Assembly: GCA_031972855.1 (NCBI GenBank)
Contig: DALYDY010000004.1
Location: 6,697-70,696 of the forward strand
Source: Minisyncoccota bacterium
GTDB lineage: Bacteria > Patescibacteriota > Minisyncoccia > Phycocordibacterales > UBA9973
Direction of reading: 5' to 3'
DNA: 64,000 nucleotides
Shown here: piece by piece, positions 27,281-38,532 of the stretch
Layout of the letters: every line of letters begins with the position of its first letter
Position numbering within the stretch: position 1 is the first letter of the stretch
Program-made: the position numbers and the translations under genes
Notes under the pieces: model-generated
What the model was told of the DNA's origin: nothing
Seen by the model: only the letters and a program-made list of their open reading frames with translations
Databases searched by the model: none

Positions 27281-28141
27281 ATGGAAGACATCTACAAATT
27301 AGATCCCTCCGAATTCCCTCCTTCGCTTTTAGAAATTCCAGAACCACCAAAGAAACTTTTTATTCGTGGAAAATTACCAGACCCAGAAAAATTTATTTAT
27401 TTAGGAATTGTTGGTTCACGCAAATATACATCATACGGAAAAGATGTTTTAGAAAAACTCATAAATTCACTTAAAGGGTATCCTGTAGTGATTGTGTCTG
27501 GACTTGCTCTTGGTATAGACAGTCTTGCTCACAAACATGCATTAGAAAATAATATTCTTACACTTGCGATACCAGGTTCGGGGCTTGATAAAAATGTTTT
27601 GTATCCTGCAACAAACTTCAGACTTGCAGAAGAAATAATTGAAAAAGGAGGATGTCTTCTTTCAGAGTTTGAACCAGGTATGCGTGCAGCACTTTGGAGC
27701 TTCCCAAGAAGAAACAGAATAATGGCTGGACTATGTAAAGCAATTCTTATAATAGAAGCTGAAGAGAAATCTGGGACACTTATTACAGCTCGTCTTGCTG
27801 TGGAATATAATCGTGATGTTTTAGTGGTGCCTGGATCAATATTTTCTGATAATTCAAAAGGAACAAATCAATTTTTGCGACTTGGCGCCACACCTATCAC
27901 TTCATCTGACGACTTACTTGAAGCGCTTGGATTTGAAAAAGATAACCAACAAAACGAACAAATAGAATTAAATCTAAGCACTGAAGAAAAATTGGTTTTA
28001 CAGATACTTAAAGAACCTTTAACAAGAGATGGGCTTGTATATAAATTAGGTATGGAAACTAGTAAAGCAAGTATTCTTTTGTCGCTAATGGAGATTAAAG
28101 GATTAATTAAGGAAGAATTTGGAGAAATTAGAAAAATATGA
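27281..28141 (+). CDS. dprA: DNA processing protein DprA (Smf)
   Basis: Rossmann-like fold with GIVGSRKYTSYG...SGLALGIDSLAHK...SGTLITA. It sits upstream of topA, the common dprA-topA arrangement. Confidence 0.85.
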   Translation: MEDIYKLDPSEFPPSLLEIPEPPKKLFIRGKLPDPEKFIYLGIVGSRKYTSYGKDVLEKLINSLKGYPVVIVSGLALGIDSLAHKHALENNILTLAIPGSGLDKNVLYPATNFRLAEEIIEKGGCLLSEFEPGMRAALWSFPRRNRIMAGLCKAILIIEAEEKSGTLITARLAVEYNRDVLVVPGSIFSDNSKGTNQFLRLGATPITSSDDLLEALGFEKDNQQNEQIELNLSTEEKLVLQILKEPLTRDGLVYKLGMETSKASILLSLMEIKGLIKEEFGEIRKI

Positions 28142-28163
28142 TTAAATCTTAGAAATTAATTAT

Positions 28164-28580
28164 ATGGCTTTAATATATTTTTTATTATTTAGTCCTATTA
28201 TCTTTTGGTTTTTTTATATATTAATAATCGCAATAAAATCCATAAAACTTAAAAATGTTTTTTTAAAGAAAGAAGAGTGCTTTAGAATATCTAAAGAGTA
28301 CTTAGTTGGTTATGATATTCCAGAATATTCACCTTTCTATAAAGATGTTTCAGAAAAAGCGGATGAGCTTTATGAAATATATAAAAAAATAGAAAGATTA
28401 GGTGGTGACAAAAATGTTAAATCAGCTATAAAAGAAAGATATTTTGATTTTTTAAGCAGAGAAAACAAAGGTGATTTTATTTTAGGAAATCAAAATCCAA
28501 CAATTTTTTGGATATTATTCTTTTTGATTAAAGAGTATATAAAAAAACAAAAGAAGAATAGTCTAAAGACTAACAAATAG
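28164..28580 (+). CDS. Membrane hypothetical protein (138 aa)
   Basis: N-terminal TM helices, followed by the terminator aagactaac aaat agttagtctt. Confidence 0.35.
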   Translation: MALIYFLLFSPIIFWFFYILIIAIKSIKLKNVFLKKEECFRISKEYLVGYDIPEYSPFYKDVSEKADELYEIYKKIERLGGDKNVKSAIKERYFDFLSRENKGDFILGNQNPTIFWILFFLIKEYIKKQKKNSLKTNK

Positions 28581-28693
28581 TTAGTCTTTTTTATTTTTAA
28601 AATTTGCATTAAAAATATATTTATAGTACAACTCACAGATTGATGTTTTGTATAAACATACATATATATGTAATACTAATATCTATAAACATT

Positions 28694-30913
28694 ATGAAAT
28701 TACTCATCGTTGAATCACCTTCAAAAGCAAAGACTATCGAAAAATATCTAGCTGGCGCATACACAGTGCGTGCATCTGTAGGACATATTCGTGATCTTCC
28801 AAAATCAAATAAAACAGCTATCGATATAGAAGGTGGCTTTATTCCTCGTTATGAAATTTCAAAAGGCAAAGAACACGTAGTACAAGAATTACGTGATCTT
28901 GCTCATTCTGCAAAAGAAATATTACTTGCTCCCGACCCGGACCGCGAAGGAGAGGCTATTGCTTGGCACATCGAAGAGCTCTTGAAAGCTGACAAAAAAG
29001 TGAAAGCTCCTATCAGTCGTGTAACATTCAACGAAATTACAAAAGAAGCTGTAACAGAAGCACTTAATCACCCACGAGAAGTTGATACGAATTTGAGAAA
29101 AGCTCAAGAAGCACGCAGAGTACTAGACCGTCTTGTTGGATATGACCTCTCTGGAATTATCTGGAAAAAAGTTCGTTATGGACTTTCTGCTGGACGTGTT
29201 CAATCACCTGCTCTCCGTATTCTCTGTGAACGCGAAAGAGAAATAACTGCATTCATCCCAGAAACATATTGGGTGCTTGAAAGTGAATTCAAAACAAATA
29301 AAAAAGTGACTTTAAATCTTTCTTGTACAGAAGAGCCTACAGATAGAAGTGAAGTGGATCGTATACTAAAAGAAGGTAGAAATGGAACTTGGATAATCAA
29401 AGGTGTAAAACAAAGCGAGGAAAAGCGTTCACCTCGTGCACCATTCACAACATCAACACTCCAACAAACAGCATCTTCACGTCTAGGGTTCTCACCTTCT
29501 CGTACAATGCAAATTGCACAAAAACTCTACGAAGCTGGACATATTACATACATGCGTACAGACTCTACAAATATTGCAGATACTGCAGTGGGATCAATTA
29601 CTAACGCTATAGAAAAAAACTTCGGTAAAGAACATTTAGAAATTCGCAAATATAAGACAAAATCAAAAAACGCTCAAGAAGCCCACGAAGCTATACGCCC
29701 TACTCATGTAGAGAAAAAATCTCTAGGTATGACTGAAGAACAAAAAAGATTGTATTCTCTTATTTGGGAGAGAACTGTTTCTTCTCAAATGAAAGATGCT
29801 ATTTTGTCTCGCACAAAAATCACAGCAAATATAGAAGAAGGAAATATTCCAGACTTCACAACTACAGGCTCAATAGTTCGTTATGCTGGATGGCTCCTCG
29901 CTGAACCTGACGCTCGCGGTGAAGATATAACTCTTCCAGAAACAACAGAAGGAGAAAAATTGGCTCTCATAGAACTCAAAGACATAGAGAAACAAACACA
30001 ACCACCCAACAGATATTCTGAAGCAGGACTCGTAAAAGAGCTTGAGTCTCGAGGTATCGGAAGACCTTCTACATATGCATCTATTATCAAAACTCTTGAA
30101 GACCGCGAGTATGTAGAGAAAGTAGGAAGATCTCTCAAGCCTACAGACACAGGTGATGTTGTATCTCGCTTCATCGAAACAAACTTCGAACAATATATCA
30201 GTGACACATTTACAGCGGAAATGGAAAACGAGCTTGATGAAATCGCTGATGGAACACGTGAATACAGTAAAACACTCAAAGACTTCTATGGACCGTTCCA
30301 AAAACAAGTAAAAGAGAAGGAAAAATTAGATAAGGCTACAACAATTGAAGAAGCTGATGAAAAATTTGTCTGTCCAAAATGTGGAAACAAAATGCTCGTA
30401 AAACTCGGACGCGGAGGAAAATTCCTCTCATGTAATAACTATCCAGAATGTGATGGAGCTCTCATGATTGACGGTACAGAAATAAAAAAAGATGAACCTA
30501 TCGGAAATGACCCTGAAAGTGGACTACCTATATATGTTCTCATAGGACGCTTTGGACCATACGTGCAGCTCGGTGAAAAACCAGTGAAAGCAGTAAAGAA
30601 GAAAAAAGGTGAGAAAGTTGAAAAACCAAGAATGGCTTCTATTCCAAAAACAATTGATCCAAGTAGTGTGAATGTTGAGATGGCTATGAAATATCTTGCT
30701 CTCCCCCGCATACTTGGTATCAATCCAAAAAATGATATTGAAGTGATTGCAAACGTAGGACGTTTTGGACCATATGTTGGATGCGAAAGAGATTTCCGTT
30801 CTATTAAAACACCTCTTGATCCATACACAATCACACTTGAAGAAGCTCTCGCTCTTCTAGCGACAGAAAAGAAGCCTCGCGGTTTTGCAAAAAAGAAAAA
30901 AGTTACAAAATAA
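28694..30913 (+). CDS. topA: DNA topoisomerase I
   Basis: TOPRIM domain (MKLLIVESPSKAKTI), the catalytic region, and a C-terminal Zn-ribbon C4 motif (CPKCG...CNNYPEC). Confidence 0.9.
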   Translation: MKLLIVESPSKAKTIEKYLAGAYTVRASVGHIRDLPKSNKTAIDIEGGFIPRYEISKGKEHVVQELRDLAHSAKEILLAPDPDREGEAIAWHIEELLKADKKVKAPISRVTFNEITKEAVTEALNHPREVDTNLRKAQEARRVLDRLVGYDLSGIIWKKVRYGLSAGRVQSPALRILCEREREITAFIPETYWVLESEFKTNKKVTLNLSCTEEPTDRSEVDRILKEGRNGTWIIKGVKQSEEKRSPRAPFTTSTLQQTASSRLGFSPSRTMQIAQKLYEAGHITYMRTDSTNIADTAVGSITNAIEKNFGKEHLEIRKYKTKSKNAQEAHEAIRPTHVEKKSLGMTEEQKRLYSLIWERTVSSQMKDAILSRTKITANIEEGNIPDFTTTGSIVRYAGWLLAEPDARGEDITLPETTEGEKLALIELKDIEKQTQPPNRYSEAGLVKELESRGIGRPSTYASIIKTLEDREYVEKVGRSLKPTDTGDVVSRFIETNFEQYISDTFTAEMENELDEIADGTREYSKTLKDFYGPFQKQVKEKEKLDKATTIEEADEKFVCPKCGNKMLVKLGRGGKFLSCNNYPECDGALMIDGTEIKKDEPIGNDPESGLPIYVLIGRFGPYVQLGEKPVKAVKKKKGEKVEKPRMASIPKTIDPSSVNVEMAMKYLALPRILGINPKNDIEVIANVGRFGPYVGCERDFRSIKTPLDPYTITLEEALALLATEKKPRGFAKKKKVTK

Positions 30914-30929
30914 AAAACCGCCTAAGCGG

Positions 30930-31400
30930 TTAGAAAGGAAGGTCATCTGTTGAACCAGAATTTAATATTATTGTTTTTTTACCAGAAAAATAATTAAAAA
31001 TATCTTCTCCTATAGGTATAATCTGTCTTGGTAAAAATTCTTTCAAATCTTGCTCAATTTTTATCTTACAAACTCCCCCTTGGTAAGAACATGGAAAACT
31101 CCATATTCCTGAAATTTCATTACCAACTTCTGCTTCAAAGATATTTTCTTCAAAAAAATATTCCAGTGGAATTTTTGAAGCATTTGTTACTTCAGTAACA
31201 TACCGAGCATACACTTTTAAAAAATATACTCCGTCTAAATTTATTTGTCCTTCAATTTCAGCAATACCATTTGAATCAATTTTGACTCCAAAAAATTGAT
31301 TTGCTTGTATATCGAGAATATAAATTTTGAAATCTCCTGACTCCTTTCCTTGAAACCAGGTACCTGTAAAATCAGGCTTTTGTTGAGCTAAATTTATCAT
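30930..31400 (-). CDS. Hypothetical protein (156 aa)
   Basis: Open frame with no recognisable motifs. Confidence 0.4.
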   Translation of the reverse strand: MINLAQQKPDFTGTWFQGKESGDFKIYILDIQANQFFGVKIDSNGIAEIEGQINLDGVYFLKVYARYVTEVTNASKIPLEYFFEENIFEAEVGNEISGIWSFPCSYQGGVCKIKIEQDLKEFLPRQIIPIGEDIFNYFSGKKTIILNSGSTDDLPF

Positions 31401-31458
31401 TGTTGTTTAATTTTTAATTTGTTAAAAGAATACAACATACAAATACAAAAGTAAAGTG

Positions 31459-31484
31459 GGGCCCGAAGGGCCCCACTTTTTATT
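31459..31484. terminator. Terminator hairpin (gtggggccc gaa gggccccac) overlapping the clpB stop
   Basis: A perfect 9-bp GC stem flanked by A and T runs. Confidence 0.6.
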
Positions 31485-34182
31485 TTGTCTTAACTTTTGA
31501 TTTCTTAACTTCTTTAACTTTAATACTTGGAACTATTTTCTTTTTCTTCTTCGTTTCAACAACAAGTTCACCTTTTGAAATTGTTACATAAACAGTATCA
31601 TCTTTATTTGATCCATTCTCTATTATGTATGTTGCGACAGGATTCAAAATTTTGTTTTGTATCAAACGATTCAGTGGTCTTGCTCCATAGTGTGGATCAT
31701 ACCCTTCCTTTGCAAGAATATCGAGAGCTTCATCACTTACAATCAAATCTATTTCCTTGTCTTTTAGACGAGTGGCGACTTGGTCAATTCTTAATTTTAC
31801 AATTTGTCTAATTGATTCGGGTGACAATATATCGAATACTATAACTTCATCAAGACGATTCAAGAATTCTGGACGGAAATGATTTTTTAACGCTTTCAAA
31901 ACATTTTCTTTAGTTCCTTCATAAGTTTCTTTTTCATTTTTAACACCGAAACCTAGAGACTCCATTTGTTCTATATATTGAGAACCAATATTTGAAGTTA
32001 GAATAATAACTGTATTTTTGAAGTTTACAATTCTACCTTTTGAGTCGGTAAGTTTTCCTTCATCGAGTACTTGAAGCAATACATTAAATACTTCTGGGTG
32101 AGCCTTTTCTATTTCATCAAAGAGTACAACAGAATAAGGACGATGACGTACAGCTTCTGTAAGTTGACCAGACTCTTCATGCCCTACATATCCAGGAGGT
32201 GAACCAATGAGCTTAGAGACACTATGACGTTCCATATACTCTGACATATCAACACGTATTAGAGATCTATCATCATTGAACATAAATGAAGCAAGGGCTT
32301 TTGTGAGTTCTGTCTTACCTACTCCTGTTGGTCCTAAGAATATAAATGAACCTATTGGACGATTTGGATCAGAAATACCAGCACGACTTCGTCTTATTAC
32401 CTCACTCACACTTTTAATAGCTTTTTCTTGACCAATAACTCTTCCTTGTAATTCTTGCGCCATACGTGCTAATTTTGCACGTTCTTCTTCAAGCATTTTT
32501 GTTAGAGGTATTCCTGTCCAGCGAGCGACAACATCAGCAATATCTTCTTCATTGATTTCTTCTTTCAAAATACGTCGAGTCTTTTGAAGTTTTTGCAACT
32601 TGTCCATTTTTTGATCAAGTTCCTTTTTCGCTTCTGGAATTTTTCCATAACGGATTTCTGCAGCAAGAGTAAGATCGGCACGACTCTCTGCATTTTCTGC
32701 TTCTACACGAAGAGTGTCCAGCTCTTTCTTAAGCGTACGGATATCTACTAAAACACTCTTTTCATTTTGCCATTTCAATTCTAGTTCTGAAGTCTTTTCT
32801 TTTAGATTTGCTATTTCTTTTTCAACTTCTTTAACACGAGATTTTGTATCTTTGTTTTCTTTTGATGAATTTGAAATTTCTTTTGTTAGAGCTTCCTTTT
32901 CAATTTCTAAACGCATTATTTTCCTATGAGTTTCTTCTAGAATCGCTGGTTTATTTTCCAGAGCCATACGAAGTGATGATGACGCTTCATCTATCAAGTC
33001 TACAGCTTTGTCAGGAAGGTATCTGTTTGTAATATAGCGAGTAGACAGATTTACAGCAGCCAGTATCGCATCATCTGTAATTCTTACGCCATGGAATAAT
33101 TCATACTTATCTTTTAGTCCACGAAGGATAGCGATTGTATCTTCATTGCTTGGTTCTTCGATATATACAGGCTGAAAACGACGAGCAAGAGCTGGATCCT
33201 TTTCTATATATTTTTGATATTCTTTGAGAGTTGTTGCACCAATAGCTTTAAGTTCTCCGCGAGCAAGAGCTGGCTTCAACATGTTTGAAGCATCCATTGA
33301 GCCTTCAGAAGCTCCCGCTCCAACTATTGTATGAATTTCATCAATAAACAAAACTATTTTTCCGTCAGCTTTTTCTATTTCTTTCATTATTCCACGAAGA
33401 CGTTCTTCGAATTCTCCACGATATTTTGTACCAGCAATAAGAAGACCGAGGTCAAGAGAAACCATTTCTTTGTCTTTTAGAGATTCTGGCACATCTCCTT
33501 TTGAGATTCGCATTGCAAGTCCTTCTACAACAGCAGTCTTACCTGTTCCTGGTTCACCGATGAGTATTGGATTATTTTTTGTGCGACGAGAAAGGATCTG
33601 CATAATACGCATAACTTCTACATCACGTCCAATAACAGGATCAAGTCTATCTTCACGTGCAAGCTTTGTTAGATTGCGAGTGTATTTAGTAAGAAGGCGA
33701 AATTTCTTTGGTCCTTGAACTTGAGCATTTTTGTCGTGTTTAAAATTCTCTATTATTTGTTTAACAGCATCAGCTTCAATACGAAAACGTTTTAATAATT
33801 CTTGAGCACCACCTTCTGTTTCAACAAGAGCCAAAAATAAATGTTCTGTTCCAACAAATTCATCACCAATCAATTTTGCAATTCTTGGAGAATCTTCAAT
33901 AACCTTTGCAAGATCAGGTGTGAGATACATCTGATATGAAGGAGAAATAGTGTTCTTAGATTCTGGTCCTTCTATACTTTCAATAACAGAATCAGACAGA
34001 AGTAGTGTATCTACTTGAAGAGAATCAAGAATAGAAATAACAACACTCTCCTCTTGAAACAGAAGTGCTGTGAGTAAATGAAGTCCATTGACGTGATTTT
34101 GACCACGTTCAATAGCGAATTCATGGGCTTTCTTAATAGCTTCTTTAGCTTTTGTTGTAAATTGGTTAAATCCAGGCATCAT
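31480..34182 (-). CDS. clpB: ATP-dependent chaperone ClpB
   Basis: Clp N-terminal domain, two AAA+ modules ([16 protein letters not shown]) and a coiled-coil M-domain; 900 aa. Confidence 0.9.
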   Translation of the reverse strand: MMPGFNQFTTKAKEAIKKAHEFAIERGQNHVNGLHLLTALLFQEESVVISILDSLQVDTLLLSDSVIESIEGPESKNTISPSYQMYLTPDLAKVIEDSPRIAKLIGDEFVGTEHLFLALVETEGGAQELLKRFRIEADAVKQIIENFKHDKNAQVQGPKKFRLLTKYTRNLTKLAREDRLDPVIGRDVEVMRIMQILSRRTKNNPILIGEPGTGKTAVVEGLAMRISKGDVPESLKDKEMVSLDLGLLIAGTKYRGEFEERLRGIMKEIEKADGKIVLFIDEIHTIVGAGASEGSMDASNMLKPALARGELKAIGATTLKEYQKYIEKDPALARRFQPVYIEEPSNEDTIAILRGLKDKYELFHGVRITDDAILAAVNLSTRYITNRYLPDKAVDLIDEASSSLRMALENKPAILEETHRKIMRLEIEKEALTKEISNSSKENKDTKSRVKEVEKEIANLKEKTSELELKWQNEKSVLVDIRTLKKELDTLRVEAENAESRADLTLAAEIRYGKIPEAKKELDQKMDKLQKLQKTRRILKEEINEEDIADVVARWTGIPLTKMLEEERAKLARMAQELQGRVIGQEKAIKSVSEVIRRSRAGISDPNRPIGSFIFLGPTGVGKTELTKALASFMFNDDRSLIRVDMSEYMERHSVSKLIGSPPGYVGHEESGQLTEAVRHRPYSVVLFDEIEKAHPEVFNVLLQVLDEGKLTDSKGRIVNFKNTVIILTSNIGSQYIEQMESLGFGVKNEKETYEGTKENVLKALKNHFRPEFLNRLDEVIVFDILSPESIRQIVKLRIDQVATRLKDKEIDLIVSDEALDILAKEGYDPHYGARPLNRLIQNKILNPVATYIIENGSNKDDTVYVTISKGELVVETKKKKKIVPSIKVKEVKKSKVKTK

Positions 34183-34228
34183 ATTATTTTATTATACCAA
34201 AATCTAAAATTTTGGTGTTGCTTATACA

Positions 34229-35401
34229 TTATTTTTTGAGAATGTCTAAAGTCTGTCGCAGAGTATTTACAAAATTTTCTATATCACTAATTTTTGTCTT
34301 TCTTCCAAAAGAAATTCTAATACTTGAGAGTAATTTATTTTCTTCTAAATTAAGAGCCTTCAATACATGAGAAACTTCTTCATCATCTGTTTTACAAGCA
34401 CTTTTTGATGACACAGCAAAACCTTTTTGATCTAGATATAGAATGACAGTCTCGCTATCAAAATTTGGAATAGTAATATGTAATATATGTGGAGAGCAAA
34501 ATTCACTATCTATTGTAGTGTGTGCTTCAGGTACTTTTTCTTCCAAAAGTTTTCTGGCTACTTTTTGAATATTTTCTATTTTTGTATATTCAGAAATTCT
34601 ATTTTTATCCGCATTGATTAATACCTGAGTAAATCCAACAATCTTACCAACATCTTCAGTCCCAGCGCGAAGTCCGTATTCTTGAGATCCTCCAAGGATT
34701 ATCCCGTCAATCATTTCTCTATCTTTTACAAAAAGTATTCCTGAAGATCGTGGGCCATATATTTTTGAACCATTCAAAGTTACAAAATCAACTCCTAAAG
34801 AATCTATATGAATTGGAAATAGATTTGGCGCCTGAGCAGAATCAGTAAAAAATAATGGGTATAAACTTTCTTTTTCTTTTCTGTATTTTTTCACCACACG
34901 AGCAAGATCTTTTATTGGCTCTATAGTTCCTACCTCATTATTTATATAATGGACACACACAAGAACGGTATTTTCATTTATTGATTCTCTCAAATCTTTT
35001 TCTTTTACAACACCTTTTTCATCTACAGGTAAAATTGTGAGTGTAATTTTATTTTCTCTTTCAAGTGAGATACATGTGTCATATACTGCAGGATGTTCTA
35101 TTGCACTTATTATAATATTCGGCTTTTCTATACCATTTGCAATTGCTTTGTGTAAGACTCCAAAAATAACTAAATTACAACCTTCTGTTCCTCCGCTAGT
35201 AAAAATAATATGTTCCATTTGGGTGTGAAGAATATTTGCAATATCTTTTTTTGCACTTTCTATCATTTTCTTTGCCACAACCCCTTCCTTGTGGATACTT
35301 CCTGGATTTCCATATACTGTAAGGGTTGTAATAAAAGAACGAAAAAGCACCCCAAATGAAATCGGGGTAAGAGCAGCATAATCTAAATAGATTCTTTTCA
35401 T
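34229..35401 (-). CDS. Cysteine desulfurase (class V aminotransferase, NifS/IscS-like)
   Basis: Sequence IYLDYAALTP ... TSGGTEGCN ... and the PLP-lysine region SLNGSKIYGP. Confidence 0.8.
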   Translation of the reverse strand: MKRIYLDYAALTPISFGVLFRSFITTLTVYGNPGSIHKEGVVAKKMIESAKKDIANILHTQMEHIIFTSGGTEGCNLVIFGVLHKAIANGIEKPNIIISAIEHPAVYDTCISLERENKITLTILPVDEKGVVKEKDLRESINENTVLVCVHYINNEVGTIEPIKDLARVVKKYRKEKESLYPLFFTDSAQAPNLFPIHIDSLGVDFVTLNGSKIYGPRSSGILFVKDREMIDGIILGGSQEYGLRAGTEDVGKIVGFTQVLINADKNRISEYTKIENIQKVARKLLEEKVPEAHTTIDSEFCSPHILHITIPNFDSETVILYLDQKGFAVSSKSACKTDDEEVSHVLKALNLEENKLLSSIRISFGRKTKISDIENFVNTLRQTLDILKK

Positions 35402-35481
35402 ATAAGAAGTATACACAAAAATGAGTATTTATAAAGTCTTAAATTTGTAAAAATCCTTATTTTGTAGTACAATGTTTTTAC

Positions 35482-35943
35482 ATGGTATTACCTATTTCCA
35501 GTGTATTTTTCATTGTTTTTGGGATTGTGAGTATCTCTTTACTCATATGGAATTTGAAGCTTGAGAAAAGATGGCAAACACTTTTTAAAGAAACTGAGAA
35601 TGGTAGTGTGGATGAATTATTGGCACTGGTTCTAAAAAGAACAGAAATATTACACAAAGACTCATCAAATCATGATATCCTTCTGGATAATATAGAAAAA
35701 AGACTGAAGCAAGCAATAAAAAGAACAGATATTGTTCGCTTTAATGCTTGGGGAGATACTGCTGGCGCACAGAGTTTTGCAATCGCTCTTGTTGATGAAA
35801 CAGGTACAGGAGTAATAATTTCAACACTCTATGCACGAGATAGGATGACTGTTTTTGCAAAAAAAATTACCAACTGGGAAAGTGAGAACGAATTAACAGA
35901 TGAAGAACAGACAGCTCTTCTTAATCAAAAGAAATTAATATGA
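35482..35943 (+). CDS. DUF4446-like membrane-anchored protein
   Basis: N-terminal TM helix plus VRFNAWGDTAGAQSFAIALVDETGTGVIIS. Confidence 0.45.
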   Translation: MVLPISSVFFIVFGIVSISLLIWNLKLEKRWQTLFKETENGSVDELLALVLKRTEILHKDSSNHDILLDNIEKRLKQAIKRTDIVRFNAWGDTAGAQSFAIALVDETGTGVIISTLYARDRMTVFAKKITNWESENELTDEEQTALLNQKKLI

Positions 35944-37430
35944 GTATAAAAATAACAACAAAAGAAAGAGCTCCTGTAGTAGTAATCATGGGTCACGTTG
36001 ACCATGGTAAATCTACCCTACTCGACTATATTCGTAAAACAAACATAGTAGATGGCGAAGCTGGAGGAATCACTCAACACTTGTCTGCTTACGAAGTTAA
36101 GCATAAGACAAGTGACGGTAAAGAACGTGCAATAACATTCATCGACACACCAGGACACGCGGCTTTTTCTGGTATGCGTTCTCGCGGTGCTCAAGTTGCT
36201 GATATTGCAATACTTATTGTATCTGCTGAAGATGGTGTAAAAATGCAAACAATCGAAGCAATAAAAACTATCAAAGAAAATGATGTTCCTTTTATTGTTG
36301 GAATAAACAAAATAGACAGACCAGGTGCAAACATAGATAAAACAAAGATGGATCTTGCTGAAAACGAAGTGTATCTCGAAGGTATGGGAGGAACTACACC
36401 TTTTGTACTTATTTCTGCAAAAACAGGAGAAGGTATACCTGATCTTTTTGAAACAATAAGTCTTGTGGCTGATTTGGAAGAGTTTGTTGGAACTCCAGAG
36501 ATTCCTGCAAACGGACTTATTATTGAATCAAAAAGTGATTCAAAAATTGGAGCACAAGCAACACTTATAATTAAAAATGGAACAGTGAAAAAAGGACAAT
36601 TTATTGTTGCTGGTAATACATACGCAAGTACAAAAATGCTTGAAGACTTCTTGGGTAAACCTACACAAAGTGCAAGTTTTTCAAATGCAATAAGAGTTTC
36701 TGGATGGTCAAATGTACCAAAAGTAGGAACACGTTTTACAACTGTTGATACAAAAAAAGAAGCAGAAGAAATAATATTAGACTGGCAGGACGAAGCAACT
36801 TCTCCTGACACTATAGATGTAGATAAAAAATACATCCCTCTTATAATAAAAACAGATGTTCTAGGAACAGCGGAAGCAATTGAAAAAGAAGTAAAAAAAC
36901 TTTCTCAAGAAAAAATCGCTTACAGAATAATAACTTGTGGAGTTGGAAATATTTCTGAAGGAGATGTAAGACGTGCTGCAAGTGATAAAGACACTGTTAT
37001 AGTTGGTTTTAATGTAAAAATAGACCCTGTAGCTCGTGATACAAATGAAAAAATTGGACTAACAATTGAACTCTTTAATATTATCTACAAACTTACAGAA
37101 TGGCTTGAAATAAACCTCGAAGCAAAAAGACCTCGTGTAGAAACAATTGAATCAATTGGCCAACTTAAAATAATAAAAACATTTTCTCAAACTCGTGACA
37201 AGCAAGTTGTGGGAGGAAAAGTTATTGAAGGACGTATTGAATCAGGAAGTATTGTAAGAATAATTCGTCGTGAAAATGAAATCGGACGTGGAAAAATTCT
37301 TGAAGTACAAAAAAGTAAAGCTAAAACAAAAGATGCTATAGAAGGTGAAGAGTGTGGACTCTTTGTTGAAGCAAAGCTCGATATAGCCGCTGGAGATATT
37401 TTGGAATCGTTTATCATAGTACAAAAATAA
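35940..37430 (+). CDS. infB: Translation initiation factor IF-2 (short form)
   Basis: G domain VVVIMGHVDHGKSTLLD ... DTPGH ... NKID. The 496-aa product lacks the N-terminal extension. Confidence 0.85.
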   Translation: MSIKITTKERAPVVVIMGHVDHGKSTLLDYIRKTNIVDGEAGGITQHLSAYEVKHKTSDGKERAITFIDTPGHAAFSGMRSRGAQVADIAILIVSAEDGVKMQTIEAIKTIKENDVPFIVGINKIDRPGANIDKTKMDLAENEVYLEGMGGTTPFVLISAKTGEGIPDLFETISLVADLEEFVGTPEIPANGLIIESKSDSKIGAQATLIIKNGTVKKGQFIVAGNTYASTKMLEDFLGKPTQSASFSNAIRVSGWSNVPKVGTRFTTVDTKKEAEEIILDWQDEATSPDTIDVDKKYIPLIIKTDVLGTAEAIEKEVKKLSQEKIAYRIITCGVGNISEGDVRRAASDKDTVIVGFNVKIDPVARDTNEKIGLTIELFNIIYKLTEWLEINLEAKRPRVETIESIGQLKIIKTFSQTRDKQVVGGKVIEGRIESGSIVRIIRRENEIGRGKILEVQKSKAKTKDAIEGEECGLFVEAKLDIAAGDILESFIIVQK

Positions 37431-37431
37431 T

Positions 37432-37806
37432 ATGGCACATAGACACGAAAAAATTTCAACACTAGTAAAAGAAATTGCGAGTTCTTATATAGGAGCAAAC
37501 TCTGGAAATACTTCCCTAATCACTATAACTCGTGCAGAAATTTCTGACGATGGTAAAAATGGAATTATATATTTCACTTGTCTTCCACAAGACAAAGAGC
37601 TAGCTGCTTTTGGATTCCTAAAACGTCATAGAGGAGAGATTCGAAAGGAGCTAAAAAAGAGACTTCAAACTCATACTATTCCTTTCTTGGATGTATCAAT
37701 TGATCACGGAGAACATATGAAGCAAAAAATTGATCAAATCCTTCGTGAAGATAATTTACATGCAAAAGAATTTTCAGAAGAAAATACAGAAGTGACAAAA
37801 GATTAA
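37432..37806 (+). CDS. rbfA: Ribosome-binding factor A
   Basis: Immediately downstream of infB, with a KH-like composition (…ITITRAEISDD…). Confidence 0.65.
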   Translation: MAHRHEKISTLVKEIASSYIGANSGNTSLITITRAEISDDGKNGIIYFTCLPQDKELAAFGFLKRHRGEIRKELKKRLQTHTIPFLDVSIDHGEHMKQKIDQILREDNLHAKEFSEENTEVTKD

Positions 37807-37841
37807 ATAAGATATATTATATATTACACATATATAATATC

Positions 37842-37913
37842 GACGTGGTGGCGAAGTGGTAACGCTGCGGTCTGCAAAACCGCCATGCGCGGGTTCGATT
37901 CCCGCCCACGTCT
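37842..37913 (+). tRNA. tRNA-Cys (anticodon GCA)
   Basis: Acceptor GACGTGG/CCACGTC, anticodon loop CTGCAAA, T-arm GCGGGTTCGATTCCCGC. Confidence 0.85.
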
Positions 37914-37956
37914 CAAATTTTCCAAAAAAGTATTTTGGAAAATTTGAGACGTGGAG
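37905..37956 (+). repeat. 23-bp perfect hairpin that incorporates the last 9 nt of tRNA-Cys
   Basis: Arms 37905-37927 and 37934-37956 are exact reverse complements (cccacgtctcaaattttccaaaa / ttttggaaaatttgagacgtggg). Confidence 0.6.
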
Positions 37957-37980
37957 CAAGTAAACTGCTTTACTTGCGTG
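37955..37980 (+). repeat. 26-nt hairpin motif agcaagtaaactgctttacttgcgtg (copy 1), followed by a GGGAATCGAAA T-loop-like motif
   Basis: An exact second copy lies at 39504-39529, and variants lie at 38585-38606 and about 38246-38275. Confidence 0.55.
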
Positions 37981-38116
37981 CGGGAATCGAAAAGCTTTTG
38001 CTTATTTATGAAAATCTATGATTTGAGTAAATGCAAAAGGTGTACTGATCCTGTAAGGATCGATTCCTTACTATTTTGAATAGATTCGATATGCTATAAT
38101 TTAAAAAATAAATATT

Positions 38117-38198
38117 GCCCGGATGGCGGAATTGGTATACGCGCACGACTTAAAATCGTGTCTCGCAAGGGATGTGGGTTCGACCCCCACTCTGGGCA
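38117..38198 (+). tRNA. tRNA-Leu (anticodon UAA)
   Basis: Type II tRNA with a long variable arm, anticodon loop CTTAAAA, acceptor GCCCGGA/TCTGGGC. Confidence 0.85.
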
Positions 38199-38244
38199 CA
38201 AAGTAAATAAACCTTCTGGGTTTATTTACTTTGTGCCCAGAGTG
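38188..38244 (+). repeat. 26-bp perfect hairpin that incorporates the tRNA-Leu(UAA) 3' end
   Basis: Arm 38188-38213 (cactctgggcacaaagtaaataaacc) is reverse complementary to 38219-38244. Confidence 0.6.
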
Positions 38245-38459
38245 TCGCAAGTATTTTATGAAATAAAATACGAGAAAGGGTCGAAGCCTTATTGAGATTT
38301 TTTATGAGTTATACGAAATAAAAAATCCAATTAGGGTACTGGTCCTGTAAGGACCGACCCCCACTCTGGATTTATATTTATAATCCCTCATAACTCAGCT
38401 GTAGTGGTTTCAACAAAAGAATTGTGAGGTAAAAGTAAGTTTTAAAATATAATACAGAC

Positions 38460-38532
38460 CCCCTCATAACTCAGCTGGTAGAGTAGCTCCCTCTTAAGGA
38501 GAATGTCGTAGGTTCGATCCCTACTGAGGGGA
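38460..38532 (+). tRNA. tRNA-Lys (anticodon CUU)
   Basis: Acceptor CCCCTCA/TGAGGGG (C1:G72), D-arm ACTCAGCTGGTAGAGT, anticodon loop CTCTTAA, T-arm GTAGGTTCGATCCCTAC. Confidence 0.8.

Noticed and set aside
37774-37959. 61-aa minus-strand ORF, and the ORFs at 39287..39508 and 39370..39651
   Set aside because: They are antisense to or overlapping tRNA-Cys and tRNA-Leu(UAG) and their hairpins, so they are artefacts of tRNA sequence.
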